A stretch of 64,000 nt of DNA from Bacillota bacterium (GTDB lineage Bacteria; Bacillota; DTU025): assembly GCA_050951805.1 (NCBI GenBank), contig JBMNJT010000002.1, positions 64,001 through 128,000 on the forward strand, in the 5' to 3' direction. Positions 20,447 to 29,868 of this stretch are shown here, in pieces. The translations under genes were made by a program, and so were the position numbers. The first letter of the stretch is position 1. Each line of letters begins with the position of its first letter. The notes under the pieces are model-generated. The model did no database searches. It had not been told where the DNA came from and worked only from the letters and a program-made list of their open reading frames with translations.

Positions 20447-21337
20447 ATGTCCAGAAGAAGAATAGCAATCGTCCTTGTATGTTTTTTCATTCTGTCGCTC
20501 GGGCTTGTAGTGGGAAGCCCGGCATACTGCGGCGAAACCTTGGCAAGCACCACATATTATCAGGGCGGCAAGAGATTTCAAGTCGATGTTGACCTGGGGG
20601 CAAATTGGGAGATGACCCTCACCGTCTACCGGATTGAGCTGAGCGGAAAACCGCGCAAGTTGTGGAGTTATACGGGTGACCACATAGAATTGGAAATGGT
20701 GCGGGATGTTGACGGGGATGGGTTCGTTGAAGTGTTGGCGATGGAGTACGGCGGGAATACCTACGCCTGCCCGATCCTGTTCCGCGTGGATAAGAACGAG
20801 AAGGTGCGGCAGATACCGATCGATCTAGGGAAGATGTATGAGAAACCGAATTACATATTGATTGCCAGAGCAGCTTCGTTCATAGATCTGGATGATGATG
20901 GAGTGGATGAGCTTATCGCCTGGGTTCCACAGTATTGGATGCCGTATTACGCCAATAGCGATATGGTTTATGCGTCGATCATATGCAAAGCGAAGGACAA
21001 CCGTTATGTGGCGGCTGCCGGCGATTATGCTTCAGTATACCGGTTCCTCATAAGTGAATTGAGAAATGAAATAGCTACATACGGAACTGACATCTTGGAA
21101 CTAGACGTCGGGCCATACCTCCAAAATTGCTGTTTGCTGTTGCTCTATCGATCCCTTGTTGGCGAGATGACGCAGGGACTCCAGGAATTCGATACCCTGT
21201 TTCCACATGCATTGAAGGTCATCGACCCTGTTGCTGACAAGTGGTTTGCCGATACATGGAAGGATTTCATGAAGCGCAGAGTGGATCTGCTGACGCAGGC
21301 AACCAGGGATTTCGGGGGGATTGCGCAGAAACGCTGA
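20447..21337 (+). CDS. secreted hypothetical protein with two FG-GAP-like Ca-binding loops
   Basis: Signal peptide; DVDGDGFVEV and DLDDDGVDEL motifs. Confidence 0.7.
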   Translation: MSRRRIAIVLVCFFILSLGLVVGSPAYCGETLASTTYYQGGKRFQVDVDLGANWEMTLTVYRIELSGKPRKLWSYTGDHIELEMVRDVDGDGFVEVLAMEYGGNTYACPILFRVDKNEKVRQIPIDLGKMYEKPNYILIARAASFIDLDDDGVDELIAWVPQYWMPYYANSDMVYASIICKAKDNRYVAAAGDYASVYRFLISELRNEIATYGTDILELDVGPYLQNCCLLLLYRSLVGEMTQGLQEFDTLFPHALKVIDPVADKWFADTWKDFMKRRVDLLTQATRDFGGIAQKR

Positions 21338-21540
21338 ATTAGTGCGGGCCGATTGGAGCATGAACGAGCAGCCCCACTACTGGGATTGCATGGTAATGGC
21401 GCCAACCGACACCTGACGAATGGCCAACTATTCATTGAAGGTATATTGCTGACGAAGATGGAAGTATCACACGCGTGTCTGTTGCGGAAGGACTAATGCC
21501 TAAAGCCCAGGTTGTGTGACCGGGGAGGTGCTCAAAGCGA

Positions 21541-22344
21541 ATGGAGCGGAGCAGGATATATGGCGCTTTCGAGCGCGTGAGTAGAAAATGGTGGTTCTAC
21601 GTCTTGGTCGTTATGGCCCTGGGGATTCCGCCTTATGCATCCACGGGAGTAGCCCCTGAACAGATAGCCAGTTTAGTTCAAGAAGTTCTTTCTCAGGGGT
21701 TGACGGCATATAGCGCTCTCATGCCCATGCTGCACATTGCTGTTGCAGCTCTGGTCGTGTTGGTGGGCATTTACGGAAACAGGGTGGGAAGACTCTTCAG
21801 CGCTTTTATGGGGCTTCACTATATATTCATAGCCATTGCGCAGAACACTGCCGTAACTCCTACTTTCGGATATGCCGTTATCAGCAGCAATGTCCTTTTG
21901 TTCATGGTAATCGGGATAATGTGGTTGTGGGATGCAGCGATCGGGAAGACCGACTACACGCTGCGAGGGCCGCATCCGTGGTGGACGTATTGGGTTCTGC
22001 CTCTGGCAGTCTTGGCGTTTTGGGGACCTGATGTCCCGTGGAGTTTCCATCTTCGGTACCTAGTGACGTCCAGTTCTGTCGGAGCGTTCTGCCTGATGAC
22101 GCCTATCTACCTTTCTGTCTTGAACTTCTGTCCTAGGCATAATCTTCCTGCGGTTCGACTCACAAGCTTTGTCGGAATACTCATGGCCATATTCAATTTC
22201 ATGATAGGCTTGTCTCTTTGCATAGGCGGCAATGCAAGCCTCGGGATATACCAGGTATTCATACATCTGCCGCTGGCGGCACTGTCGACATATTCTTTCA
22301 TAAGCTCGTTTCGGGCGGGTCGCGCGAGGCAACCCTGTTCGTAG
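21541..22344 (+). CDS. multi-pass membrane protein of unknown function
   Basis: About 8 hydrophobic segments; RBS GGGGAGGTG. Confidence 0.75.
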   Translation: MERSRIYGAFERVSRKWWFYVLVVMALGIPPYASTGVAPEQIASLVQEVLSQGLTAYSALMPMLHIAVAALVVLVGIYGNRVGRLFSAFMGLHYIFIAIAQNTAVTPTFGYAVISSNVLLFMVIGIMWLWDAAIGKTDYTLRGPHPWWTYWVLPLAVLAFWGPDVPWSFHLRYLVTSSSVGAFCLMTPIYLSVLNFCPRHNLPAVRLTSFVGILMAIFNFMIGLSLCIGGNASLGIYQVFIHLPLAALSTYSFISSFRAGRARQPCS

Positions 22345-22422
22345 CGAGGATCCAATTGATCTTCAGAATGAGCGTGGGGGAGCCCTCGAGTTAATTCGTT
22401 AAGAGGTGGAGGGAATTACGAA

Positions 22423-22911
22423 GTGGAGCCTTTTGCGTCTCTTGACCATGAGAGGTACATGCGGGAGGCCCTATCTGAGGCAGAAAAGGCCTTTGAGCGG
22501 GGCGACAGACCGATAGGCGCCGTTATTGTGCATGACGGTGAGATAATCGCCAGAGGTTCTAATAGGTTCTTCAGCGAGAGCAGCTATATTGCCCATGCCG
22601 AGCTTAACGCATTAGTATCAGCAGCACCCTACCTGTATGACCATGGACGAGAGTGCGTCATTTACACCACTGTTGAGCCATGCGTAATGTGTCTTGGCGC
22701 TATTATACATGCCAACATCAGGAATATTGCGTTCGGGATGCACGACAACTACATCCAAGCCCGTAAGATCATCGATGCGGTTGAATACGTAGACAGGAGA
22801 GTCCATAATTACCTCGGCGGCATACTCGAAAAGGAATGTGTGGAGCTTTACAGGCGCTACTCCGAAAGGGAAGCACAGCTAATGCTGACGGGAACGCAGA
22901 ACTCCTGGTAG
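22423..22911 (+). CDS. nucleoside/tRNA deaminase (TadA-like CDA fold)
   Basis: AHAE...TVEPCVMC zinc motif; PIGAVIV. Confidence 0.88.
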   Translation: MEPFASLDHERYMREALSEAEKAFERGDRPIGAVIVHDGEIIARGSNRFFSESSYIAHAELNALVSAAPYLYDHGRECVIYTTVEPCVMCLGAIIHANIRNIAFGMHDNYIQARKIIDAVEYVDRRVHNYLGGILEKECVELYRRYSEREAQLMLTGTQNSW

Positions 22912-23407
22912 GTTTGAAAAGTGCTCAGAGGAGGGATAGCTATATTCGTCAGATAAATGGATATTGACAGGTGAGCGCCATGGGGGCAAAGACTCCAGAT
23001 AGCGTGAATCGCGAAAACGTGCAGGAATCTGCATCATCGGCAGCCTGGGTTTTGAGTAGACTCCGATCGCGCGAGACGGAGGCCGTTTCTGGCAGCCGGT
23101 TACTGCGGAGGCTCGCCCCTTGGAGGTTCGTCCTGCACACCTGCTAAGCGACTTCAAATTGGTTCTTGCGAGAGTCTTATGAGTAAGACCATGCGGCAAG
23201 GCTGTTTTACGAGAGCCCATCGACGCATGAAATGTGAGGTTGGCTGATCTCGCTCGTGAGAAGGATTTGCTGTTTGTGACTGGTAAAGCTGAAGTCGTGT
23301 ACATTCTGACTGGCCAGGGTTATTCATTGGTGTTGAGCGTTGAAACCCAAGGCCAGTTCCTGTCTGCGCTAGGCAAGTTATGATATTTGGAGGGGGATTG
23401 GCTTATC

Positions 23408-24223
23408 ATGCGTCGAAAAGCTCGAGAACGAGACGATTCTCTATGTGAAACGCAGTACGAGGGGTTCTTTTCAGAGTTCTATGACTTGCTGCACTCATCC
23501 TACAATGCTGATCTGCCCACATACTTGGACTTGGCTGAGGAATATGGCGATCCCATTTTAGAGCTAGGATCCGGAACCGGGAGACTGTTGATTCCTCTTG
23601 CCAGGGCTGGATACAGGGTGACCGGACTCGATTGTGCTGAAGACATGTTCGCACTCTGCAGGAAGAAGCTTGAGGCGGAAAACGGGGCTACACGGGAGCG
23701 AGTGACTCTTGTAAATGGAGACATGAGGGATTTCGATCTCGACATGAAGTTCAACATGGTTTTGGCGGCGTGCAATACGATACTTCACTGCACCACCATT
23801 GATGATCTTCTGGCTGTGCTTGCCAGAGCCCGTCGGCATCTAAGCCAAAAAGGAGTCTTCGTAGTCGATTTTGCCATACCTAATATCCTCAGGATGCTTC
23901 AGACAAATGGCGCCGAGGCCAGGTTTGAAATGGTCCATCCTGTGAGCGGCACTCGCATAATCGATACATATGTCGCAGGCTACGATTTCACCAAACAGAT
24001 GGAGACGTACGAGGCGCGCATTGAGGAATGGGACGAAAGCACGATGCTGAGATGGAGCGAGGTCAAGACTGAACGGGCCTTCTATTTTCCCCGCGAGATA
24101 GAGCTTGCCCTCAGGTGCAGTGGTTTTGAGATAGTCAAAACATGGAAAGGTATGCGCGGAGGTCCGTTGGTGGAGACCAGTCAAGACATGGTTTACGTGT
24201 GCAGATTGGCTCGGCAGGGTTAG
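23408..24223 (+). CDS. class I SAM-dependent methyltransferase
   Basis: ILELGSGTGR, VTGLD, GDMRDF. Confidence 0.9.
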   Translation: MRRKARERDDSLCETQYEGFFSEFYDLLHSSYNADLPTYLDLAEEYGDPILELGSGTGRLLIPLARAGYRVTGLDCAEDMFALCRKKLEAENGATRERVTLVNGDMRDFDLDMKFNMVLAACNTILHCTTIDDLLAVLARARRHLSQKGVFVVDFAIPNILRMLQTNGAEARFEMVHPVSGTRIIDTYVAGYDFTKQMETYEARIEEWDESTMLRWSEVKTERAFYFPREIELALRCSGFEIVKTWKGMRGGPLVETSQDMVYVCRLARQG

Positions 24224-24274
24224 TCGAGAGGATCTAGCCATGTTACAGGCGCCAGAGGCCAAGCATGTTTAGAT

Positions 24275-24757
24275 TCATGATTCGTCTATCGTGATTGTCT
24301 GGAGCAACGAAGCCGCTTTGGGTAGAGACTCGAGATCGAATTCTGCACACGCGACATGCAGAGTGATACAGCAGGGTTCGATGCTGATGCCTTCCAGATC
24401 GAGCGAACGGAAGGCGCCCTCGTATATCTGGAGCAGATCGATGAGGATGAGCCCCCGTCCGAGGTAGTCAACGCCGGGCGGCAGAACGGGCATGATAGAA
24501 CTGAGGACTATGTCGGGAAGGCTGAGTCCTAGTGGCCCGGAGATTCTGAGGGCGACGACGGCCCCTTGGACCGTCGGGTTCGAGAGGCAGATTACCGGAT
24601 GGAACTTTATATTGTACGGCAGTGCCAACTGGAGCGTAATCATACCCGATGCGATTTTTACATCGACTACCTTCAGCCCTTGAGGCAGCTCCATGTTTTG
24701 CAGGGCGTGTTTGATTTCTGCATCGCATATTCTCACTGTCAAGGATTCCACTCTCAT
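24275..24757 (-). CDS. hypothetical protein
   Basis: 160-aa ORF filling the gap, with purine-rich RBS-like sequence upstream; no recognised motif. Confidence 0.6.
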   Translation of the reverse strand: MRVESLTVRICDAEIKHALQNMELPQGLKVVDVKIASGMITLQLALPYNIKFHPVICLSNPTVQGAVVALRISGPLGLSLPDIVLSSIMPVLPPGVDYLGRGLILIDLLQIYEGAFRSLDLEGISIEPCCITLHVACAEFDLESLPKAASLLQTITIDES

Positions 24758-24801
24758 TCATGTCTCACCCACCCTTCCAGAAGCCCCTCGGCCACTCATT
24801 C

Positions 24802-24908
24802 TTATAGGCGTCGATTGGGGAGTATGCGATAGCAGACGATTCAGGCAACTGGGAGCGAAGCTTGCAATTGCTTGGCGAATCCGGTCGAACTTTCACATTA
24901 GGTTACAG
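24802..24908 (+). repeat. attC/dif-like imperfect hairpin site
   Basis: TCGATTGG (24811) pairs with CCGGTCGA (24881); GTCGAACTTTCACATTA (24884-24900) is 15/17 identical to 19363-19379; arm TTAGGTTACAG. Confidence 0.55.
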
Positions 24909-25090
24909 AATTCTTCGATACTGCGTGTGCTTCCTCCTTTATTCCATTCCTGCAGGAAGTATCTTAGCTGATTGCTCCATCAGCAGGCCACCTCGGAATG
25001 GCCTATGCCATTCTATGCTTGCAGGAGTGGAAGCCATTTAGGCGAATCTGCAGAATCAAGCCGGTGATGTGCGCGATGACGGGAGGGATC

Positions 25091-26155
25091 ATGGTGAAGA
25101 GAATTGCCAAGGCGATACTGATTGTCGTAGCCGTGGCTTTGCTCGCACTCGTCGCGTTCATAGTGGTTATAGCCGCCACAGACTACAGACCTTGTGACAT
25201 TGAGCCAGTTGAAGTCGAAAACCGCCGTGAATGGGTGACCGAATCGGGTGCAGAGTTGAGCGTGACCACGTTCAACATAGGCTATTGCGGACTGGACAAG
25301 CACACCGACTTTTTCATGGACAAAGGCACGATGTCGCGGTCTATAAGCCGGGAGCAGACAGAGATCAACGTCGACAGAGTCTCACAGTTCCTTCAGGAGG
25401 CCGATTCCGATTTCTACCTTGTGCAGGAAGTAGACCGGAAGGGAAAGAGGAGCTACAATATCGATCAATACAAGAGATTCATTCGCGACTTTCCCGAATA
25501 CAGCAGCAGTTTCGCTACGAATTACAAAGTTGCATGGGTGCCGATCCCCGTCACCCACCAGTACGGCAACATCTACTCCGGGATTGCCACATACTCCACG
25601 CGCCGGGTAGACTCTGCCGAAAGACTCTCATTGCCCGGGCAGTATCCTTGGCTGAAACAACTCTTTATGCTCGATCGTTGTCTTTTGGAAAGCAGGCTTC
25701 CTGTCGATAACGGGAAGGAATTAGTCCTCGTCAATTTGCACCTGTCCGCATATGATCAGGGCGGGACCATAAGAGCCCAGCAGCTCGCGTTCGTAAAGGA
25801 GTACGCTGTGCGAGAGTGGGGCAAAGGAAACTACGTGATTTTAGGGGGAGACTGGAACCACCTACTATCGGCCACTCCCAAGGAGAAGAAGGCGTCATAC
25901 GGAGATGCCTGGCCTGATTGGCTCCAGCTTCTGCCCGACGATTTTGTCCTGGAGGGGTTCGAGTGGGCCATGGATGAGGAAGTTGCCAGCAACAGATGTG
26001 TGGATCGACCCTACAACCCGGCTACCACGGTTGTGCAGACGATCGACGGTTTTCTTGTGTCGCCCAATGTGGAGATTGTAGCCGTGCAAGGCACTGATTT
26101 GGGGTTTGAAAACTCAGATCATAACCCTGTTACTGCCGTATTTAAGCTGAAATAA
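25091..26155 (+). CDS. endonuclease/exonuclease/phosphatase family protein with N-terminal anchor
   Basis: TFNIGY, VQEVD, NLHLSAYD, GGDWN, IDGFLVS, SDHNPV. Confidence 0.9.
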   Translation: MVKRIAKAILIVVAVALLALVAFIVVIAATDYRPCDIEPVEVENRREWVTESGAELSVTTFNIGYCGLDKHTDFFMDKGTMSRSISREQTEINVDRVSQFLQEADSDFYLVQEVDRKGKRSYNIDQYKRFIRDFPEYSSSFATNYKVAWVPIPVTHQYGNIYSGIATYSTRRVDSAERLSLPGQYPWLKQLFMLDRCLLESRLPVDNGKELVLVNLHLSAYDQGGTIRAQQLAFVKEYAVREWGKGNYVILGGDWNHLLSATPKEKKASYGDAWPDWLQLLPDDFVLEGFEWAMDEEVASNRCVDRPYNPATTVVQTIDGFLVSPNVEIVAVQGTDLGFENSDHNPVTAVFKLK

Positions 26156-26272
26156 CAGATCGTTGGGAGCGCATGTTGTGTAAAACTGCATCGAGGGGCT
26201 TGGTTGCCCCGTCCCGTGCCTTGCAAGCTTCGCCTGCTCTGACGGCTGTGTTGAAGCGGATGTTATGGGTGT
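26150..26272 (+). repeat. attC-like site overlapping the EEP stop codon
   Basis: AAATAAC (stop TAA inside) ... GTTGAAGCGGAT-GTTATGG at 26262; imperfect internal stem. Confidence 0.45.
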
Positions 26273-26597
26273 CTGGTTGACGCATTCTTTCGAACACCCC
26301 CGAGGGCACGTGCATGTCCCATTTTCCAGATGATATCACCAAGGCGAATCTGGAGAAGCCGAAAGCCGCCGGAGCAACAATGGCCAGAGGCCCTTCAACA
26401 GAGGCTGCGCAGGCCCTCGTCGATCATTGCAGAAGGATAGGGCGGGAAAGGACTTCTGTTCGGGCATTTGCAGAGCCCGGCACAAAGAGACACTTTTTGT
26501 TGTTCAATATGGTTTTTGGGGCTTCGGCATATCTGCCGCTACGTTGCTCTGGTTCGAGTTCTGAGTGCCAAATAAATGTGGTTTGATTTGTAGGGAG

Positions 26598-26683
26598 AAT
26601 GGCCAATATCGGCTGATAGATGAGACGGCTCATTCAGTGCAGTGCCTGGTTTCAGCTAAGAAGTATTGCACATTAGCAAATTT
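26598..26683 (+). repeat. attC/dif-like imperfect hairpin site
   Basis: AATG..CAATAT.GGCTGA pairs with TCAGCT..GTATTG..CATT; ends TGCACA-TTAGCAAATTT. Confidence 0.45.
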
Positions 26684-26696
26684 GGAGTGATTCTGT

Positions 26697-27236
26697 ATGA
26701 AAAGAGTGCTCAACAAGGTCAAAGTGGCAACAGTGGCGGCGGTTCTTGCGCCACTTTTATTTGGACTCTTCTGCCCCTATTCCACGGTTGCGGCAACACA
26801 GATCTCCGAAAAATGGATAGGAAAATCATCTCCGGATTTCGTGCTGAGAACATTGGACAGCAAGAAGATTGCACTCGGCGATGACCCGAAATCCGTCTAT
26901 GTGCTGGATTTCTGGGCTGTAGGGTGCGGACCCTGTAAGAGGCTCGCCCCTCACCTTCAGACTTTACATTCAAAGTATGCACCAAAGGGAGTTACGGTAG
27001 TAGGGGTAAACGTGGGGGACAGTCCTAGCGCGATAAGCAAGTACGCAAAAGAGAACAAGCTCACTTATACGATGGCAATTGGAGATGCGAGGACGGTGGA
27101 TGCATTTGGAGTCTACGCATTTCCCACAGTCGTCATCATTGACCGCAAGGGCGTAATCAGAGACGTGTATGTAGGATACCTCCCTGGCTGGGAGCAGAAG
27201 ATGGAGAACACTATCAAACAGATATTGGGGGACTAG
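26697..27236 (+). CDS. TlpA/ResA-like thiol-disulfide oxidoreductase, exported
   Basis: Signal peptide; DFWAVGCGPC; FPTVVIIDRKG. Confidence 0.9.
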   Translation: MKRVLNKVKVATVAAVLAPLLFGLFCPYSTVAATQISEKWIGKSSPDFVLRTLDSKKIALGDDPKSVYVLDFWAVGCGPCKRLAPHLQTLHSKYAPKGVTVVGVNVGDSPSAISKYAKENKLTYTMAIGDARTVDAFGVYAFPTVVIIDRKGVIRDVYVGYLPGWEQKMENTIKQILGD

Positions 27237-27240
27237 CGCT

Positions 27241-27405
27241 GTGGCGGAGAGATTTGGAGCTGGTCCAACCCGCCAAGTTCCAGTATGGGCTTTGATTCTG
27301 ACGGCGGGCGTGGGGCTGATGGCGGTTGGCGCAAGACTGGGCGACTTCGAGATGATATTTCTGAACGCAAAACTAATCTGCCTTTCGTGCATAGGGATTG
27401 AGTGA
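27241..27405 (+). CDS. CD1871A-family CXXC motif small membrane protein (54 aa, not in ORF track)
   Basis: Manual translation ends ...GDFEMIFLNAKLICLSCIGIE; one TM helix; directly upstream of the 4Fe-4S membrane gene. Confidence 0.8.
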   Translation: MAERFGAGPTRQVPVWALILTAGVGLMAVGARLGDFEMIFLNAKLICLSCIGIE

Positions 27406-27408
27406 TAG

Positions 27409-28224
27409 ATGGCTATACGAAAACGGAAATCGTCGGCCCGTTCCATCGTGCAGGCGCTGGCGACGATTGCTGCAAATTCAGGCTTTCCACAGATGAAGAT
27501 CTGCCCGTACCCCGGGCTGAACTGTTATGCCTGCCCCTTGGCATCCTTTGCGTGTCCCATTGGGTCGCTTCAGAAGTTCATCGCCACAAGGCAGTTCCCT
27601 TATGCCATGACCGGGTTTTTTGCGACGGTAGGAGCTGTAGTGGGGCGGGCTGCTTGCGGGTGGGTATGCCCCTTTGGATTTCTCCAGGATCTCCTGGCAA
27701 AATTGGGGCCGAAGCGGAAACTTCTTCGATCTCAGCGAGGGAATTGGATCAGATACGCGGTCTTGATCGCCTTGGTCGGAGTGGGAACATACGCAGTCGG
27801 GCAGCCGCTGTTTTGCAAGATATGTCCGGCGGGGACACTAGAAGGCGGAATACCGCAGGTGCTTACGAAACCCGCGCTAAGAGTGCTCATCGGACCGCGC
27901 TACTGGGTGAAGATCGGCCTTTTGGCTGTGATGATCGCGGCTTCGATATTGATCAAAAGGCCGTTCTGCCGATTTGCATGTCCGTTGGGGGCCATCTGGT
28001 CGCCATTTAACAAGGCGAGCTTGATGCGCTTGGAGGTGGACGAGGGAGCTTGCACTCAGTGTGGAGCATGCAAGAACGTTTGCCCTGTTGAACTTGAGGT
28101 TTACCGAGATCCGAATTCGGACGCGTGCATCAGGTGCCTGGAGTGCACAAGGTGTGATGCGGTGAGCGTGAGCTGGAGCCGGAAGTCTACCAGCGCAGGC
28201 AAAGCTTGCGTTGGCGGTCTGTAG
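27409..28224 (+). CDS. 4Fe-4S binding membrane protein (NapH/MauN-like)
   Basis: GLNCYACP, CPIGSLQ, CGWVCPFG, FCKICPAG, FCRFACPLG, CTQCGACKNVCP, CIRCLEC. Confidence 0.9.
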   Translation: MAIRKRKSSARSIVQALATIAANSGFPQMKICPYPGLNCYACPLASFACPIGSLQKFIATRQFPYAMTGFFATVGAVVGRAACGWVCPFGFLQDLLAKLGPKRKLLRSQRGNWIRYAVLIALVGVGTYAVGQPLFCKICPAGTLEGGIPQVLTKPALRVLIGPRYWVKIGLLAVMIAASILIKRPFCRFACPLGAIWSPFNKASLMRLEVDEGACTQCGACKNVCPVELEVYRDPNSDACIRCLECTRCDAVSVSWSRKSTSAGKACVGGL

Positions 28225-28225
28225 G

Positions 28226-28690
28226 GGTCAAGTGGAGGAGATCCCGCACGCAGTGGATGGCGTTTCACGGAGCGGGGCTTTTTACACATTCATCAGCTTT
28301 GAGCAAAACAATGCAGTCTATAGAACCGATCATAGAGCGCTATCGAAGCCCGACGCAGACGAGTATTTCGGTCTCTTCCAGGATGCAGGCTGGGAGCACG
28401 TGGCATCCTATTCGAATACCCACTATTTCAGGTGTCTGCCTGAGGCATGCGAGTTCCCGGAAATCCATTCTGATAGGGATTAGTTGAGGGACGAGTATCG
28501 GCGCAGGGACTGGATAATGCTGGCCTTTATTGTGATATACTTGCCTGATTGGATCACCATTGTCTTAAGATCGGTCCCATCAGGGAAAGGCCCATTTCTG
28601 ACCGGGCTCTATTCGTTAGGAAGACGGGGTTGCGTCCTCTTGATCGCCATGGCCGTATACTGGATGTACATGCTGATGAGGTCGGACTAG
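28226..28690 (+). pseudogene. DUF2812-like membrane protein remnant, 5'-truncated, with in-frame TAG
   Basis: DEYFGLFQDAGWEHV..HYFR..EIHSD; TAG at 28481-28483, then the same frame continues into TM helices. Confidence 0.65.
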
Positions 28691-28704
28691 GCGACCTAGG
28701 TTCG

Positions 28705-28973
28705 TTAGCGTCTCGAGCAATCCTGATGATCATATTCCTGTTTGGCTCCTATGCATGGGGTGTCCCGTGCACGGAATCAGACTTGGACACCTATGTGGTG
28801 CTGCCTGAGAACGTAGACATGAGAGGGTGAAGTTGATTCGCAAAGCCATTTATGACAAAAAGACAATGCCCGTGGATGTGATAGTAAGCAAAGAGAACGA
28901 GTCTAACCGCTGGAAAATTGCCCCCACTATTGAACGGTAGTTTGTGTAGGAGAGAATAGTGCTGTATGGATGA
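28705..28973 (+). pseudogene. MNT-type nucleotidyltransferase remnant
   Basis: FLFGSYAWG..ESDLD motif, then a frameshift; PVDVIV..IER..IVLYG with internal stops. Confidence 0.7.
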
Positions 28974-29042
28974 CAGCATAGTCTAGGGACTGATAAGTCA
29001 GTCAGTCGAAGAAAGCAGATCAGAGCTTGTTGGCGATACCAG

Positions 29043-29179
29043 GTTATGGAACGCTGCGAATAATTCGCAGTGTTTTGGCATGACACTACGAATATTTCGC
29101 GGATAGCATTACAGTTAGAGACAGTTAATGGAATGTAATACCTTTCGGGGCGCTGAATCCCCATATTTGTCCACATAGC
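29043..29179 (+). repeat. tandem hairpins (gene-less cassette-like unit plus attC-like site)
   Basis: GTTATG-GAACGCTGCGAA/TTCGCAGTGTTT-tgg-CATGAC (29043-29084); ACGAATAT/ATATTTGT stem ending CCACATAGC. Confidence 0.45.
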
Positions 29180-29242
29180 AGGCCAGTACAATAGCATGAA
29201 TAGGTAATATCCGGGTCGGTATGGAAAATACAAACCATATAA

Positions 29243-29270
29243 AGTCATTCCAATTCATATTATGTAAACT
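29243..29270 (+). other. dif-like Xer recombination site
   Basis: AGTCATTCCAA-TTCATA-TTATGTAAACT: 11-6-11 layout; right arm identical to the B. subtilis dif XerD/RipX arm. Confidence 0.6.
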
Positions 29271-29640
29271 TCACTTCTAACGCTACGATTTTTTCGTAGC
29301 ATAAGAAAAAATACTACGACAAAATCGCACTGTAGCCCTTGTCTTGTCCGATTCCCGCCTAATGACGACCGACAGGGATCATTTCATGCGCGCAGGCACT
29401 GATTTGGATAGGTGCTATTCGGTATTTGTCCTCGTTTTCAAAGAGCGCCACACAACTGGCCGGGTTTTGTTCAGCAAACCAACAACTAAAGATGATCTTG
29501 ATCCCAATGTCATATGGTCACCTACAGCCGTTCCATTGGCAACTCGAGCTATTTCGGTTTTGGCATTCTGCTCTGTTCACAAGATAAGTGCCTCGAGCTA
29601 CCGTTGTCAATCACCATCATCCACAGCAAAGACGCGTGTT

Positions 29641-29691
29641 TGACGCTGGGATAAGTGAATAAGATGTGCCGGCAGATACGTTATGGAGTTG
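29641..29691 (+). repeat. attC-like hairpin at the end of a remnant ORF
   Basis: TGAC-GCTGG...CCGGC-AGATAC-GTTATGG; the TGA is the stop of ORF 29344-29643. Confidence 0.4.
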
Positions 29692-29868
29692 TGGTCCACA
29701 ATTTCGTAAGGCGCAGGCAGCTTCAGCCATCCGGTCTCACGACTTCTGTGGTAGTATCAGGTGGTGGGTTTCACTTAGGTCATTAATAATCATCGAGGGT
29801 CTTAGTGAAATCTGTGGGTAGGGATAATGGGCTTTCCCCTGCTCAACCACTGTATGGAGGGAAATAGA

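Noticed and set aside
24962-26661. 10-bp inverted repeat TCTTAGCTGA/TCAGCTAAGA flanking the EEP gene
   Set aside because: Short, no transposase or target duplication; compatible with chance.
27403-27408. Selenocysteine TGA in the small CXXC protein
   Set aside because: The TGA falls at the family's normal C-terminus and is followed at once by TAG.
28481-28483. Pyrrolysine or amber read-through in the DUF2812-like gene
   Set aside because: The gene is also 5'-truncated and lies beside another pseudogene, and many intact genes here end in TAG.
29243-29270. The true chromosomal dif at the replication terminus
   Set aside because: No clear switch in gene orientation or codon-position bias across it by eye, and the left arm is divergent. 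Kept only as dif-like pending a skew analysis.
29270-29400. CRISPR leader or array
   Set aside because: AT-rich, but no direct repeats with spacers and no cas genes were seen in the window.
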